64,000 bases of DNA. It comes from Takakia lepidozioides (Eukaryota; Plantae; Bryophyta). A program made the position numbers and the translations under genes. The stretch covers positions 16,306,001 to 16,370,000 of the forward strand of contig CM060734.1 of NCBI GenBank assembly GCA_030704615.1, given 5' to 3'. How positions within the stretch are numbered: position 1 is the first letter of the stretch; each line of letters opens with the position of its first letter. The notes below the pieces were generated by a model, which did not search any database, was not told where the DNA came from, and saw nothing but the letters and a program-made list of their open reading frames with translations. Below, piece by piece: positions 34,411-47,945 of this stretch.

Positions 34411-36421
34411 GATATCCTCCACCACGTATAGTGGCATACCTCAACGTATCACGGTGCTGTGCAATGGCAAGGTTCTCAAAAGCCATGGGCATGACTTTCT
34501 TGAACAACTCTGCACGATGATCACATGCACGTACCCACACGTCCGGATCGTCAAGGTTAAGGACTTGAGCAGTGTCCCTACGAATGGCTGCAGGAAAATC
34601 CGGCTCTCGGCCAAAGAGAAGGAAATATGGTGAGAAGGAGGCAAGTGATGCTTGTTTGCTGAACCTGTAGCCCATGGCTAACCAAGGAACCTGAAGATCC
34701 CAATCTCCTAGGTGTCCCTTCCATACTTGCGCAAACCCCTCTTCACCGTCTGAACAACTCTCTCTGCTAAGCCATCGGCCTCAGGATGATCCCGAGAAGT
34801 GGTGTGGTGGTCTATCAAGGCTTTATCACACAAAGCCTGAAACTCCCCCAAGAACTCTCTCCCTTGGTCCGTGAGTACCTCAGCTGGAGCACCAAATCGG
34901 CTAAGCATACGATCCGAGAATGCATACGCAGCCCCCTCACTAGCCTTGTCACGCAATGGAACCAACTCAATCCACTTGGAGAAGTGCTCCACCATCACCA
35001 ACACATATCTGTGGTGGTGCATAGTCAGTGGCAACGGTCCTGCGAAGTCAAGACTCCACCTGTAGCCCAATCCCATGATTGGTAAAGGATGCAACTGTGG
35101 TGTAGGGGCGTTGAATGAAGCACGCACCCTGTCATACACCATGCACCTAGCCACGAACTATTGCACCTCTATATGCATACCACGCCACCAATACTGCCCC
35201 TGCAGTAAACTGTGAGTGCGTCGCACTCCAAAATGCCCCAACTCCTCATGGGCATGCCGCACTAACCATGCACGCTGTGTGGGGTGAGGCACAATCCTCA
35301 CCCGACCATCCTCCCATACTCGAAGTAGGTGTATCCCCTCCCACTTGAACCTCTTGGCTCATTGCAGGATCCGATCCCTCTCCCTGGCAGTCACAGTGGC
35401 TGCCGTGTCTCCCGTGCGGAGGTAGTTCAACACAGCCGAATCCTCATATATATCTCTGGCACCACCTGGCTCATCACTAGCCTCAGGGACCTCAGACACT
35501 CCGTCTACAATCATCCCTGTTGTAGGTCCAACCTGACCTCCCGATGCCAAGATACACAAAAATGCAGATGCGTGCCATCCCGGCACCATCTCCTCATCTG
35601 TCTCACCATGCCACCGAGCTCCAGTGTCATCCTGCTGGCTCATGCATGGATTGCGACTCAATCCATCCGCATCCCGATTGACCAAACCAGGTCGATGCAC
35701 AACCTGAAAGTCATACTCCTGGAGTATGAGTGCCCATCGTGCAAGCTTCCCCGTAACCTTGTCTGACTCCATCAACCACTTGAGTGGCTGGTGATCCGTG
35801 ACAAGGGTGAAAAGATTGCCGTATAGATAGCACCTGAAGTGTGTCATGGCCCACACTGCAGTTAAGCACTCTCCCTCATATGAGCTGTACTTAGCCTCTG
35901 CAGCGTTGTTTGAGCGGCTAGCATAAGCCACTACAAACTCTCTTTCCTCATCATCCACCTGTGTGAGCACCGCTCCAAGCCCCAGCATGCTCCAATCTGT
36001 ATGCAGCTGAAAGGGACGCCCCCTGATAGGTCGTCTTAGGATAGGCGCCGATGTCAACCTTGCCTTGAGCTCTTGAAAAGCTCGTTCCTGCTCATCTTCC
36101 CACTGCCACTCCTGGTCCACCTTGGTCAGCTTGGTTAGAGCCTTTACAATGGTACTAAATCCCTTGACAAACCGTCTATAATAGTTTGTCAACCCCATGA
36201 AAGCTCAAACTCGGCTCACATCCGTGGGGCGTGGAATTTGTGCAATGGCCTCTACCTTAGTCTGTTGTACCCCCAATCCTCCAGGATATATCGTGTGACC
36301 CAGATACTCAATTTGGTTTATAAAACCTTTGTCACTTCCCCCCCTGCAACTTCAATCGTGCCCTCTCAAAGCGCTCCAATACCACCTGAAGGTGTCTCTC
36401 ATGCTCCTCCATCTTAACACT

Positions 36422-39400
36422 GGGGCTCCACCTAGTGAGCGCCTCCACCTCCTAGAGTGCCTTGGGCACTCAAGGGTGCTTCAGCCCCCCCATACCTATC
36501 GCTGCACTTGTCCCCCAGCACAGGGCAGCCCCTCTTGTTGTCCCCGACCCCCCTGCCCTCAGGCAAAGGGCCGCGACACACCCCCCTACCACAGGGATCG
36601 ATGTCCTCATCGGCTTGTCCTTTGTGGAAACGAACATCCAAGTTGTGGCGTCCCCACATCAAGGAGTTTGTTTCCGTACCATGGCGTCCCATGACAAAGA
36701 ACCAAACCCTAACACTTGACTCTACTCTCCACTAGCTAGTTCGGCCGACTTCCTCCAATTCCCGGCCAAGGGTAGAGCTCTCAAGCTCCTCCCAGTGCAC
36801 TCTTCTTGCCTACTTAGGAACGATCCTCCCGAGGATCGAATCGCCTTACTGCACAACATTGCTTGCTACCGTTCATGATGCCCGCTTTTGGCATCACCGT
36901 TGAGCAAGGGTTCACCACCTCGACCCTCTTTGACTAGGAAGATATCCTTGAACCAACCGCCGCCCCAATCACTACAATTGGGTCTGCCTTGGAATGTTGG
37001 CCTGAGGTACGGGAACACGCCAAAGCCGCACTATGACTTCGTCCGGCTACACACGATTTAGTACGTGAACGGAACACGTAGCTTCCGCGTTAGCCCTCAC
37101 TACACACAAAGCAAACCCCCTCGGTAGCGCAGTTATAGTATGCGCACGCGCCAGGTGCGCACAGCCGTGAACTCCTAAAGAAGGCGCAAGTTTCCTTGCC
37201 CCTTGGATGGGAGTCACCCCGATTTTCGGCACTACTCAAACACACGATTAACCCAATTTACCTCTCCCACTTTTGTAAGCTAGCATGAATTCTACACACT
37301 AGCCAACCACACCATGACATCACCATTCCAAACAAATAGGACGCACAACATTTGGAACCCATTTCCTTTATAACAAATTTTTGTACAATACAATTTTTTG
37401 CAATCGGATCCTAAGCTAGCTAAGCCGGGCTAAGCATGCATTTCCTCCCCCACGCTCCCAAGGTTGATGTCCCCATCAACGCTTCTTTCCGCTTTTGAGG
37501 TCGCCCCTTCGAAACTGCTCAACCGCCTCGGATGCGTTTTCCATTTCTGAGGCACGCACCCAAGATGCCTCCACATGATGATAGCCCTTCCATTTGACGA
37601 GATACTCCGTTTCTCGTTCTTGAACCTCCTCGACTTAAGTACTCTCTACTCCACTTGCCTCCACCTTCGACTCATTTCATTTTCATGATCCAACCAGCAC
37701 AGGTGGCGGACGCAACACTTGATGCCGATTCAGACCGCTTCATCTTTGAAGTAAGGCTTCAAAAGGGAGACGTGGAATACTGGATGCACCTTGTTGTTTG
37801 CCGCAGCTCCAATTCATACACATTCTCATTCATAACCTTCCGGATGCGAAAGGGTCCCGCATACGGAGGTACAAACTTTGGACTCACTTCCGGAGGTAGT
37901 CGGAAATTCTTGATGTTTAACCAGACCTCCATGCCTGCCTCAAACTTCACTTCCCTCCACTTCCGATTTGCCTGCCTTTCATACCGTTTGCTGGCTTTGG
38001 CAATGTTTGTACTTTTGCGAGCTTCAACAAACGCTCGCGTTCTTCCAGTACCCGCGCTACTGCCGGTTCCTCAACGTCCTGGGCGGCCCAACTTGTCGGC
38101 ACCAGAGGTGCTTTTCCTAGACCAATACGAAAGGGGAAACTCCCGTTGCGAGTGTTCCGTGTTATTATAACAGAATCTGCCGCATCTAAGTGTTTCCACC
38201 CAGTCTGTTTGGTCTGCCGACACGTAATTCCGCAAGATCTGCTTCACTACGGAATTCACTCTTTCCGTTTGGCCGTCGGCCGTCGGCCGGAAGGCGGTGC
38301 TCATCTTCAGCCTCGTTCCCATCTTCTTCCAAAGTGCCCTCCAAAATTTACTCGTAAACTTTGGATTGCGGTCCGAGACAATATCCTTCGGGACTCCATG
38401 ATGCTTTAAGACGTGGGCGAAGTAAAGTCGCCCGTTTTCCTGCGCCAATTCCCTCTCCTTGGTGGGGATGAAATGGCCCATTTTACTGAACCTATCCACC
38501 ACCACCATGATTGCATCGAATCCCTTTTGACAGCGGCATAGCAGTCATGAAATCCATCGAGACGCTTTCCCAAGTCCCCTCTGGAATCGGCAAGGGTTGT
38601 AACAGCCCCACTTGCTTTTTGTACTCGCTCCGGTTTTGTTGGCATGTGGTGCATGTCTTGACATACTCCTCTGCCTCCTCCTCAGTTTAGGCCAAAATAC
38701 TCTTTCTTCAAGAGTGCCGCAGTGCGCTTGGCTCCGCCGTGGCCCGCAAGCGGGCTATCATGGCATTCTCTCAAGAGGCTATCTTTGATCCCTCCCTTCG
38801 ACATGTAGAGACGCTTTTGCTTATTCCGGAGCAGTCCATTTTGCAAGTGGAACTACATTTAACCCCCTCCTCAGTCCTGCATCACGGACTTCGCCAGCTC
38901 ATCCTTCCGGCAAGCCTTCTGGATCTTCCTTTGGAGCGTCGTCTCGCCCTTGTACACCAACAAGAGCTGTTGCTTTAATCTTAAAGCATCGGCCACCACG
39001 TTGTCCCGTCTTGGTTTGTACTGGATATCCACGTCAAACCCGCCAAAGTATCTTGCCACCTAGTTGTTTTGGGGACAACTTGGGCTGCGTGGCAAAATAC
39101 TTCACCGTGACATTGTCCGTGAACACCTTCATTGGGTTGGAACCAACATAGTGGCGCCAAAGCTCAAGAAAGTGCACCACCGCCTTCATCTCTTTCTCGT
39201 GTGTCGGCCACCGTCGCTCCCTTCATTCAGTTTCTTACTTTCGTAAGCCACTGGACGTCCATCTTGCATCAGTACACCCCCAATCGCGAAGTCCGACGCA
39301 TCTGTATGAATCTCGAACGGATGATCGAACTCCGGGATTTTCAAGACTGGAGCTTCCGCCATCTGCTGCTTCAATTCAGCAAAAGCTTGGCCACAAAAGG

Positions 39401-42400
39401 TGTTCCATGCCCAGACTTTGGATTTACACAGAAGGTCTGACAGCGGCCCCGCGATCTTGGCGAAATTTCTCACATACTTCTGGTAATAGGAGGCGAGTCC
39501 TAGGAAGGATCGCACTCCCGAGACCGAAGTCGGAGGCTCCCAGTCCAAGATTTCCCTCACCTTCCTGTCATCCATTCTGACCCATCCTGTGTAATCACAT
39601 GCCCCAAGAACTCCACTTTTGTGACCCCCGAATTCGCACTTTGAAGCTTTGGCATACAGCTTTCCCTTCCCGCCAATTTCTGGAACACCCTTTTGAGGTG
39701 CTCCAGGTGCTCCTCCTTTGTTTTCGAATACACACCAAGATGTCGTCGATGTACACGATCACAAAGTCATCCAACCACTCCTTGAAAAGACTGTTCATCA
39801 GCGTGCTAAAGGTTGTGGGAGCGTTGGTGAGTCCAAAAGGCATCACCAAGAACTCATATGAACCATACCTTGTCCTGCACACGGTCTTCTCCTCATCTCC
39901 TTCCGCCACTCGAATTTGATGATAGCCGGAGCGCAGATCGATCCGGCTGAAATACTTCGCTCCTGCCAACCGATCGAAAAGGTCGTCGATCCTTGGCAAA
40001 GGGTACCGGTTTTTGATAGTCACCTTATTCAAAGCCCTGTAATCGACACACATCCGCAGCGTCCCATCCTTCTTGTCTGCGAATAGCACCGGGGCGCCGT
40101 AAGGTGACTTACTCGGCCGGATGTACCCCTTTGACATTAGATCTTTGAGCTGAGTCTTCAGCTCGACCAACTCTCTGTGGCTCAACCGGTAGGGCGCCTT
40201 GGCAGGCGGTTCCGATCCTGGTATCACCTCAATCTTGTGGTCAACTCCTCTTCGCGGTGGCAAGCCGCTTGGTAAATCCTCCGGCATCACATCCTGGTAT
40301 TTCTCCAAAATCCCCTTGATCCAATCTGGGCTCAGCTCCCCATTGCCTTCTCCCTTCACTTCTCTTATGTAGAGCAAAAATTGGGGCTCGTGTGCCTCCT
40401 CCATGGCCCACTCCTTTGCTGACAGAAGGTTTATTCGCCCTCCCACGGGTTGGGCGTTTCCGACACTCGTAAGACCTCGCCACCATTCCCACATGGCAGC
40501 GTGACTACTCTCTTTCGGCCATCTATGACCGCTCCGGATTTGCTCAAAAAGGTCATCCCCAAATGAGATCCACTCCATCGATCTCGCAGATGGTGAAGTT
40601 CTCACGTCCCTCCCAACTCCCCAGTTGGAGAGAAAACATCAAACGCCAAACTTGTCGCCAATTGCGGTTCTCCTTTGGCAGAACGCACCTCAATAGAGGC
40701 CCCCACGTCACTTGTCGGGAGTCCCAGCTTTTGTGCCGTTGCCGGTGTCATGAAGGAGTACGACGCTCCTATGTCCACCAACAACGACACGTTAGTTCCG
40801 GATATTATCCCATCCACGAACAATAACTGATTCCCTTTACGTAAGGCGCCAGTTTCCTGATACAACTCACAAGAAAATTTGCCTACCTTGCAAGTCCTGG
40901 CGACCACCCCGCTTCCACCAAGCGACTGATGGTATCTTCAACAGCTCTGTGGTCGCCCGAGTCATGTTCAATTGACGGGGCTTCGTGCACTTCTTGGCCA
41001 TGAGCCCGGGCTCCCCGCAATTGAAACACACTCCATCAAAGGTCGCCTTTTGTCCGCCATAGGCCGCTCCACCCGCTTTTCCTTTCGAAGCACCGGGTGC
41101 CGCCCTTGACTTGTGAAGGCCCTCCCTTCGATTTCCACGTGCCATTTTCGCCGCGTGGCCTATCCCACTTCTTTTCCGGTCGGAAGGAGTTACCTTCCCG
41201 CCGGGTCTTCTTGTGGTTCAGCTCGTACGGCCTTGTCTTTCATCCACCCGTAGGGACATCCGAGAAACATTCAGCCCTCTCAATTGCCTCGTTCCAAGTC
41301 TTAGGTGGCTTCTCCTCCAACTTCCGCCTGGCCCATGGGGCCAGTCCCGCCACAAAGTTGAAGACCATTTCTTCTGGTTCTGCCATGTCCGCGACTTCGA
41401 GCAACAACACATTGAAAGCCTGGACATATCCCCGAATGTCATCTGTTTGCTTCAAATTCCTCATCTTGTCTCGGGCGAGCCAGGATGCGTTGAGGGGCAC
41501 AAACTGCCTCTTCATCAATTCCTTGAACCCACTCCAGTTCAAGGTTTCCGGGCTTGGACCTCGGTCATGAAGGCGTTTCTTTCGGCCACCATTGTTGAGC
41601 ATAGCCCCTCAATAGGTGGGAGCCACTTCCACCTGATCCTCGTCACTCACTTGGCCGCCCGGAAATACTACTGCTCTAGCTCCAAGAGCCAGGTGTTGAG
41701 TGCCTTCCGATTTCGGACGCCCTCGAAGGTGCCGGGTTTCCTTAGGCTTCACCTTAAACTTTGCCTTAGTGGAAGTGGCATTAGCCGCCTTCAACACGTC
41801 TTTCAACGTCCCGCCAAATTGTGCCAACAACCCTTCCCAAAAGGCTACCGGCATGGGAGGCATATGTTGGTCGGTCGGAGCTCTCAGGGATTCCTCAGAC
41901 TCCGACTCCTCAGATTCCTCCTGCTCTTGAGTGGCCTCGTTTTCGGAAACATGCATCGCTTCCTCAAACAGCCGCCTCGGTGACACGTCGCCCCCATCGG
42001 GCTCACCAGGATCATCATCTTTTTTTGGGTCGTTCCGTTCGCTTTCGCTTTGGCTTGCCCGACCCCATGATGAGGCCAATCCCAAGGACGATCGCGTACT
42101 GAACTCTAAGCTCTGATACCAAGTGTCGCGCACCTCACTTCGGCAAGCTCCCCCCTCAAGTCATAGTTACTCGCTTGATGCGCGCGCCTAACTCCCAACC
42201 TGGCCGCCGGGCCAACTTGGAGCTTCGGCTGCTCACCGGGGCATAACGGTCCCCCTTTGATCTCCCAAAGAACCTCCAACGATTTGGAACCAGCGGAATT
42301 CCCTTTGGTAGTTGGCAGTCCGGAACAGCTCCCCACTCTTTGGTCGCTTTCCGGCTCACTCGCTTACTCACTAGTTTTTGGTCACCAAGTGGCTTGCACC

Positions 42401-42848
42401 GTTCTCGAGGTTACTACTCTTATATATACGTCTGTAGCTGTCCGCGGGGGTTTCACAAACAACCATGCCATTTTATGGCGAACCACCACGAACACCCTCG
42501 ACTCCAGGTGATGAGTCGCGGTGAGTCTTGGCCCACCCACCACGGCCCCTATGGACCGTGATGAGTCCCAAGACTCCCCACGACTCCCACCACGAGGTCT
42601 CCACCTCAGGGTGGGTCCTATGCCACCCCCACTAAGTCCCGCTAAGCTACCACCACCCCTTGTGGAGCCACCCCCACCACAGCCCGGTGTGCGGGGCTCC
42701 ACCTAGTGAGCGCCTCCGCCTCCTTGAGTGCCTTGGGCACTCAGGGTGCTTCAGCCCCCCATACCTATCGCTGCCACTCTGCCCCCACCACAGGGGCAGC
42801 CCCTCTTGTGTCCCGACCCCCCTGCCCTCAAGGCAAAGGGCCGCGACA
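36422..42848 (-). mobile_element. Ty3/gypsy chromovirus (Galadriel/Tcn1-like), multiply frameshifted
   Basis: 5' LTR 42848-42124 (TGTCGCG...CGCGACA). PBS TGGTATCAGAGC 42121-42110. gag with CFNCGEPG knuckle, protease LVDIGAS, RT ([12 protein letters not shown]), RNase H (IHTDAS), integrase (VVVDRFSK, DGQTER), chromodomain YLVKWKGY..ASW (~37510-37660). PPT 36579-36592 and truncated 3' LTR 36578-36422. Confidence 0.93.
42124..42848 (-). repeat. 5' LTR of the chromovirus (725 bp)
   Basis: 7-bp inverted termini, adjacent tRNA-iMet-type PBS, homology to 36422-36578 and 52630-52663. Confidence 0.9.
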
Positions 42849-45484
42849 GCCACGCTCGTATGTACTAGGTGGCACACCGATGCAAGACAATGACTCATGC
42901 CTGCATTCATATGGGTACACACAAGCATCCTGTGTCCAAAGGAAGTTGCAGGGATAGCGTGGACATTGCTAGAAATCTGCCGAAGCAGGAGGTCCACAAT
43001 GCCCCTTGTGCAACACCTTCTGCTATAGCGCTTGCAGCTAGCAAGGTATTCCTGGAAAAACACATACTGGGTGAAGGGGATACGACACAACCAATGTTGG
43101 ATGCAGATTCGCTTGATACAGTGATGGACCATTTCTCCGTGTTGAGCTCTCCCAATATTCGAAACCAGATGAATGCACTCAGAATGGGAACAGGCATTGC
43201 TGGATTCATGGACAACATTATGGACCTCAAACGGAGGAGTCGCTATGAATTCATTCAAAACAGTATCTTCCCTGGCCAGGGCTCGTCCAAGGTGTATTTG
43301 TTCAAGATGTCCACAGTGGGCAAAGGCAGTGGTGTGAGCATTGTCCGCCGAATGCAACCTGGAGGAGATTTGGCAAAATGTTGGTTAATGTTTGATCACT
43401 GCAAACGGGGGAAGGATTGGACAACCATGGCGTGCCATGTGTACGATCCAGCGTACCAGCGTGTGCTCTCCATAGCAATTTGTGATATGCAGTCGGAGGA
43501 CACTGAATCCCAGATGCTTATGTGGAATTCGCTCCTGGCCGTCATGCAACGCAATGGAATATAGAACACAAATTTTGCGGGCTTCATGGCTGATAGTGCA
43601 CAGGCAAATTTCAATGTAGTGCGGCGCATGTTTAGTTCGGGGGATCCTAAGGTCCCAATGGAAAATAAGGAGCGCACATGCCTCTTCCATTGGAGTCAAT
43701 CTCTGGCACGTCATACAAAGCGTTGCATTCGCCCTGACCTTCAGTTGGAGCACAGAAGGCTTTGCCTCAAGTACAAAAATGCCACCTCAATGGGAGAAGC
43801 TGAGAGCACTTACCAAGTAATCCGGGCTTGGTGGTTCTCCGCTGGTGCTGCTACTGGTATCCACCTGAAGGAGTTGGAGGACTGGTTGGTTTTCTGGCAC
43901 TTCAGGTACAGACAATGGGGAGCTTTCATGACGACAATAAGCCTCTTCAATCCCAGAAACACAAATTTCACTTTGCATCGTGCCTGTTCATTTGGGGTTG
44001 TTGGATTGTCACTTGCAGAACCTCTTCCATTTCCTTTCGTTCCTCATATTTCCATGCAATGCCTTCTGCAGGACATGTCCTTGGAGGACTTGGCCGACAT
44101 GCCATCCTGTAATTTGGTGGAGACTGTTCACAATGCCTGGATGCAGCAGTCTACCAAAGCAGGACGTGACTTGTATGTGGCCACTGCTGATGACATGGTG
44201 CAGGCACTTACACAACAAACCAGGTACCACAATTTTCTGATGGGACGGGGTGGAGGCAAGGGCCCTGATACGACTTTGTTGATGCTAAGGGCTGCGAGTA
44301 GGTCCGGAGACCCATCGAAGATGGCCAGAGCTCTGAACAGGTGCACTGAAGGCTCCCATTTGCAATCCAGGCTCCCCCATTTGGAAGGCGAGGAAAGATT
44401 TGGATCATGCAAAAGGAAATTGAACACTCCTCCAGGGTCGGATGGAGATTCCCATCGGCCGGACAGGGTCAATTTCTTTGTACCAAAGGTGTCTCCAGTG
44501 CAGACTAAGTCGTGTGCCCGCCCCTTCCCATGTGAGTCCTTCTCCAGTGGAGCAGGTGTAGATCATGCAAGCACAGCAGCAGGAATCCCATTGGAGGAGG
44601 TGGTGGCCATGGTGCATGAATATGATTGCATTGATAGTGAGTGACATATAGAACGCACCCCACCAGGATCTAGAGTGGCTTGCATGGCAATTCGGACCCC
44701 CTCTTTCAAGAAATGCAAATAAAAAATATGCAAACGCTCCAGGGGGACTCCAGCTCCAACATTCACAGGGTTGTTCCGACCTTATCATAGTGGGGAGTCA
44801 AAAGACCACAAGTTCTGGTTCTGCCCAGACGATATAGCACGATGCGTCAAGGGAACAGTTCGTCCTTTGGTGATAATGAAGCCCCCTCCCCCCGCAATTT
44901 GGCCTGTGAAACTTGGGACGTCGCTGTCATCAACCGAGATAAGCATGTTGGAGGAGGGAGGGTTTTGTCTTGCACGGTCCCGGGTGGTGCCCTCATGCAC
45001 TGTCGGCACAGATGTGCCACATGCTCCAGCAATGCCTCCACCCGGTGCTGACTCCCACCCAACAAAAAGAGATGGAAAAACAGTGCGCTGTGTCACTTCG
45101 GGTGCAGATCATGAATGCAAGATGGAATCAGCTAGAATTTTGCAGGCTCGGGTGACTCGTATCACCGAAGTCCCTGCCCCGGGGTATGGACGGATTTACA
45201 CAGTGCTGTCTATTGGCTCAGTTCTTCATGGCAAAGAATATCAAGTTACCGTGGGGAATTTCCCTACGTGCACTTGTCCGGATTTTGTAACGATGCGTGA
45301 GGGCGCTCTCGGCATGAGAGGGAAGTGGTTCCCCTGCAAGCATCAATATTACATATACCTTGTAATTATGTGCTGCAACGGTAAGAGAGACCAATTCATT
45401 CACCAAGCCACACTAGGTTACGGAGAAGTCATCACCCTTCTGCAGCGGGACACCTCACGTAGGGCTCCGCCAAATTCTCTTTGA
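42849..45484 (+). pseudogene. MULE-type transposase B, 3' part (DDE core + SWIM)
   Basis: Collinear with transposase A (MFDH, FMADS, CLFHW, CNLVETVHN, CTCPDF..CKH). In-frame stops, and the intron donor is mutated to AT near 43936. Confidence 0.87.
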
Positions 45485-46489
45485 ACACATACGAGCCTTG
45501 CCCGCTTCCCATGCTGGTTTCCGGGTTACCGTGTGAAGACTTTGCATTTAGGACAAACACATACATTTCGTTCACGGAACCAAGGCAAATGCACATGCCA
45601 TTCATTGTAAGCGTCTATCTATGAATTGAAATAAAGTGTGTCAATCATTCTGAGCTCAAATCTGCCATATTTTCATATTCCTCTTATCAAGTTATTTTAC
45701 CACTAGTGTGAAACTAGCTAGGAAATAGCTAGCTTTTACATATTGACATTTGGGATTGGCCCAAGTGTTAATCCAGGGGTCAAGGCAGATTTAGGCCCTG
45801 GAGTGGTTATCTTCACGGCAAGCGCAGAAGACTCATCTTTCTCGAGTTGAGCCTCACCGCGCCTAGCTATGGCGCCGTAGTGTGGATTCCCCATGGCGTG
45901 GGGTGCACTTAGCTTGATTTGTATTTGAGTGATGAGGTTATATATGCATGAGTTTATGCTTCAGATTTGTGAGCTCGTGCTTGTATTCTTCTTCTTTATC
46001 ACTCGAGAAAGATGAGCTCGTATCTGTGAGTGCCAGATACGAGTTAGTTGTAGCACTTGTGGTTTTTGCTTGAGAATGAGAGAAACCAAGTTGTTATGCA
46101 AGGAGCACCGTGGAGCTCTTGGTTGTTAGAAACGGAGGCGATGTGGGTTACGAGGTGGTAGACCTTGGCATTCGATCTTCAGCTTCAGAGATGAAAGCAC
46201 CATGCTGCAGTGCACTTTGTGGAGTATGGTGGGATTGGGTTTCAATCTCGAGCTTCAGCATTGAGAGGGCTCTTGTCATGGCAAGAGCAGGGCTGGAACA
46301 GGAGCTAAGAGGTGCGGCAAGGCCATGGAATGTGCACCTAGGGTTTCAGAGCTTGGAAGAAGAGCTCTTGCACCACAAGAGAAGTGTCTCGTGGTTGGAA
46401 ATGTAAGCCTTAGGGTTTCAGGAGCTTGGCAAAGGCTGTGGAGTGCTTAGTCTTGTCTTAGAGAGCATCAAGGAGCCAAGGAGCCAAGA

Positions 46490-46900
46490 TAGGGGGCTGA
46501 TATCTCTTGTGTGAAGAGGTTGCATGTGTGGAGCATGTATTCAGCTCATTGAAGCTTCCATCTTCAAGCTTGGAGGGCAAGCAAGGAAGAGGGAAGGACT
46601 GACTTCCCTCATGTGAGGGCAATGCATGTGTGGAGCATGCTATCAGCCTGGTGAAGGCTTGCACTTTCAGGTGTGGGAGTGCAAGAAAGGAAGGAAGGGG
46701 CTGGTTTCCCTGTAGGGCATGTGGAGCATGCTTTCAGCCTGCTGAAGCTTGTATTTTCAGGTTTGTGGGTGCAAGAAATGAAGCAAAGGAGCTGATTCTC
46801 TTATGGTGAGAGTGGGGCATGTGTGGAGCATGCCTTCAGCCCATTGAGGCTCTTGTTTTCAAGCTTTAGAGAGCTAGAACGGAAGGTCTAGGGCTGGTTT
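46490..46900 (+). repeat. Four diverged ~100-bp tandem units
   Basis: GCATGTG(TG)GAGCATG..TCAGC core at ~46522, 46624, 46717 and 46817. Confidence 0.8.
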
Positions 46901-47334
46901 CCACTTGGAGTGAAAGAAAAGCACTTGTAGGGCCTATGTGAGTTGGGGTTTCAACTTCAAGCTTGAAGGGAGCGCAACTCTTGAAGCAGCAGGTGTAGGG
47001 GGCTGGAATAGGCTCTAAGATAGATGCTATGGCCGAGGAGAGTGCTTGAATGAGTGCTCACAAGGGCTGGGAACCAGCAGGGCTTGGTTGTTTGCCATTG
47101 AGTTTAGTGGCGTGTTTGGGGAGGCTAAGTGAGAAAGAAGGCTTGGTTTGTGGCAACCACCTCATGGCTTAGGGCTACTATGGTGGTGTGTGGGAGCCGA
47201 AAGGGCAAGAATACCTTGCTGATGTCCTCACAGCCGCCATAGCTCGGTGGAAAGAAGCCTAGAGTCCAAGAGACACAAACCCTAGCTTGGCGTGGCTAAA
47301 CCCCTTGGAGAAATGGCTAAACTGCCAGAGCGGC

Positions 47335-47945
47335 CATGGATGGGGCTGTGACGGGCTGTGCCGGTGGCCTTTTGGGGCTATGACGGGCTGTGAGGGGTTG
47401 TGACAGGCTGAGGCCTTTGGGGCTGTGAGGGGCTGTGACAGGCCGTGCCTGAGGCCTTTGGGGCTGTGAGGGGCTGTGCCGGGCTGCGCCGGTGGCCTTC
47501 AGGGCTGTGACGGGCTGCGAGGGGTTGTGCCGGGCTGCGCCGGTGGCCTTCGGGGCTGTGACGGGCTGTGAGGGCCTGTGCCGGTGGCCTTCGGGGTCGT
47601 AACGGGCTGTGAGGGCCTGTGACGAGCTACGCCGGTGGCCTTGGGGGCTGTGACGAGCTGTGAGGGGCTGTGCCGGTGGCCTTTTGGGGCTGTGACAGGC
47701 TGTGCCCGTGGCCTTTAGGGCTGTGATGGGCTGTGAGGGGCTGTGACAGGCCGTGCCTGAGGCCTTTGGGGCTGTGACGGGCTGTGAGGGGCTGTGACAG
47801 GCCGTGCCTGAGGCCTTTGGGGTTGTGACAGGCTGTGAGGGGCTGTGTCAGGCCGTGCCTGAGGCCTGTGGGGCTGTGACGGGCTATGAGGGGTTGTGAC
47901 AGACTGTGCCCAGTGGCCTGTGGGACTGTGACGGCTGTGACCAAT
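47335..47945 (+). repeat. G-rich minisatellite (GGGCTGTG core, ~10-bp subunits, ~51-bp higher-order unit)
   Basis: Repeated ggggctgtgacgggctgtgaggggctgtgacaggccgtgcctgaggccttt. Confidence 0.93.

Larger units (their letters stand above)
32713..36420 (-). mobile_element. 3' half of the DNMT/PHD Ty3/gypsy element (RT end, RNase H, integrase, PHD, 3' UTR/LTR pieces), internally shuffled
   Basis: EEHERHLQVVL..YLGH. LHTDWS..YEGEC..TDHQPL..DADGLSR (35359-36198). WSLDFAGP..TDQGREF..DGLAER (34708-35154). PHD CMLC..MLVCDRCSKGWHMGCLTPPLE (32713-32830) plus KVPDGDWLCPHCLG* (34070-34112). Confidence 0.88.

Noticed and set aside
47627-47944. ORF with repeated HSPKGLRHGLSQPL
   Set aside because: It is a translation of the minisatellite with no independent coding evidence.
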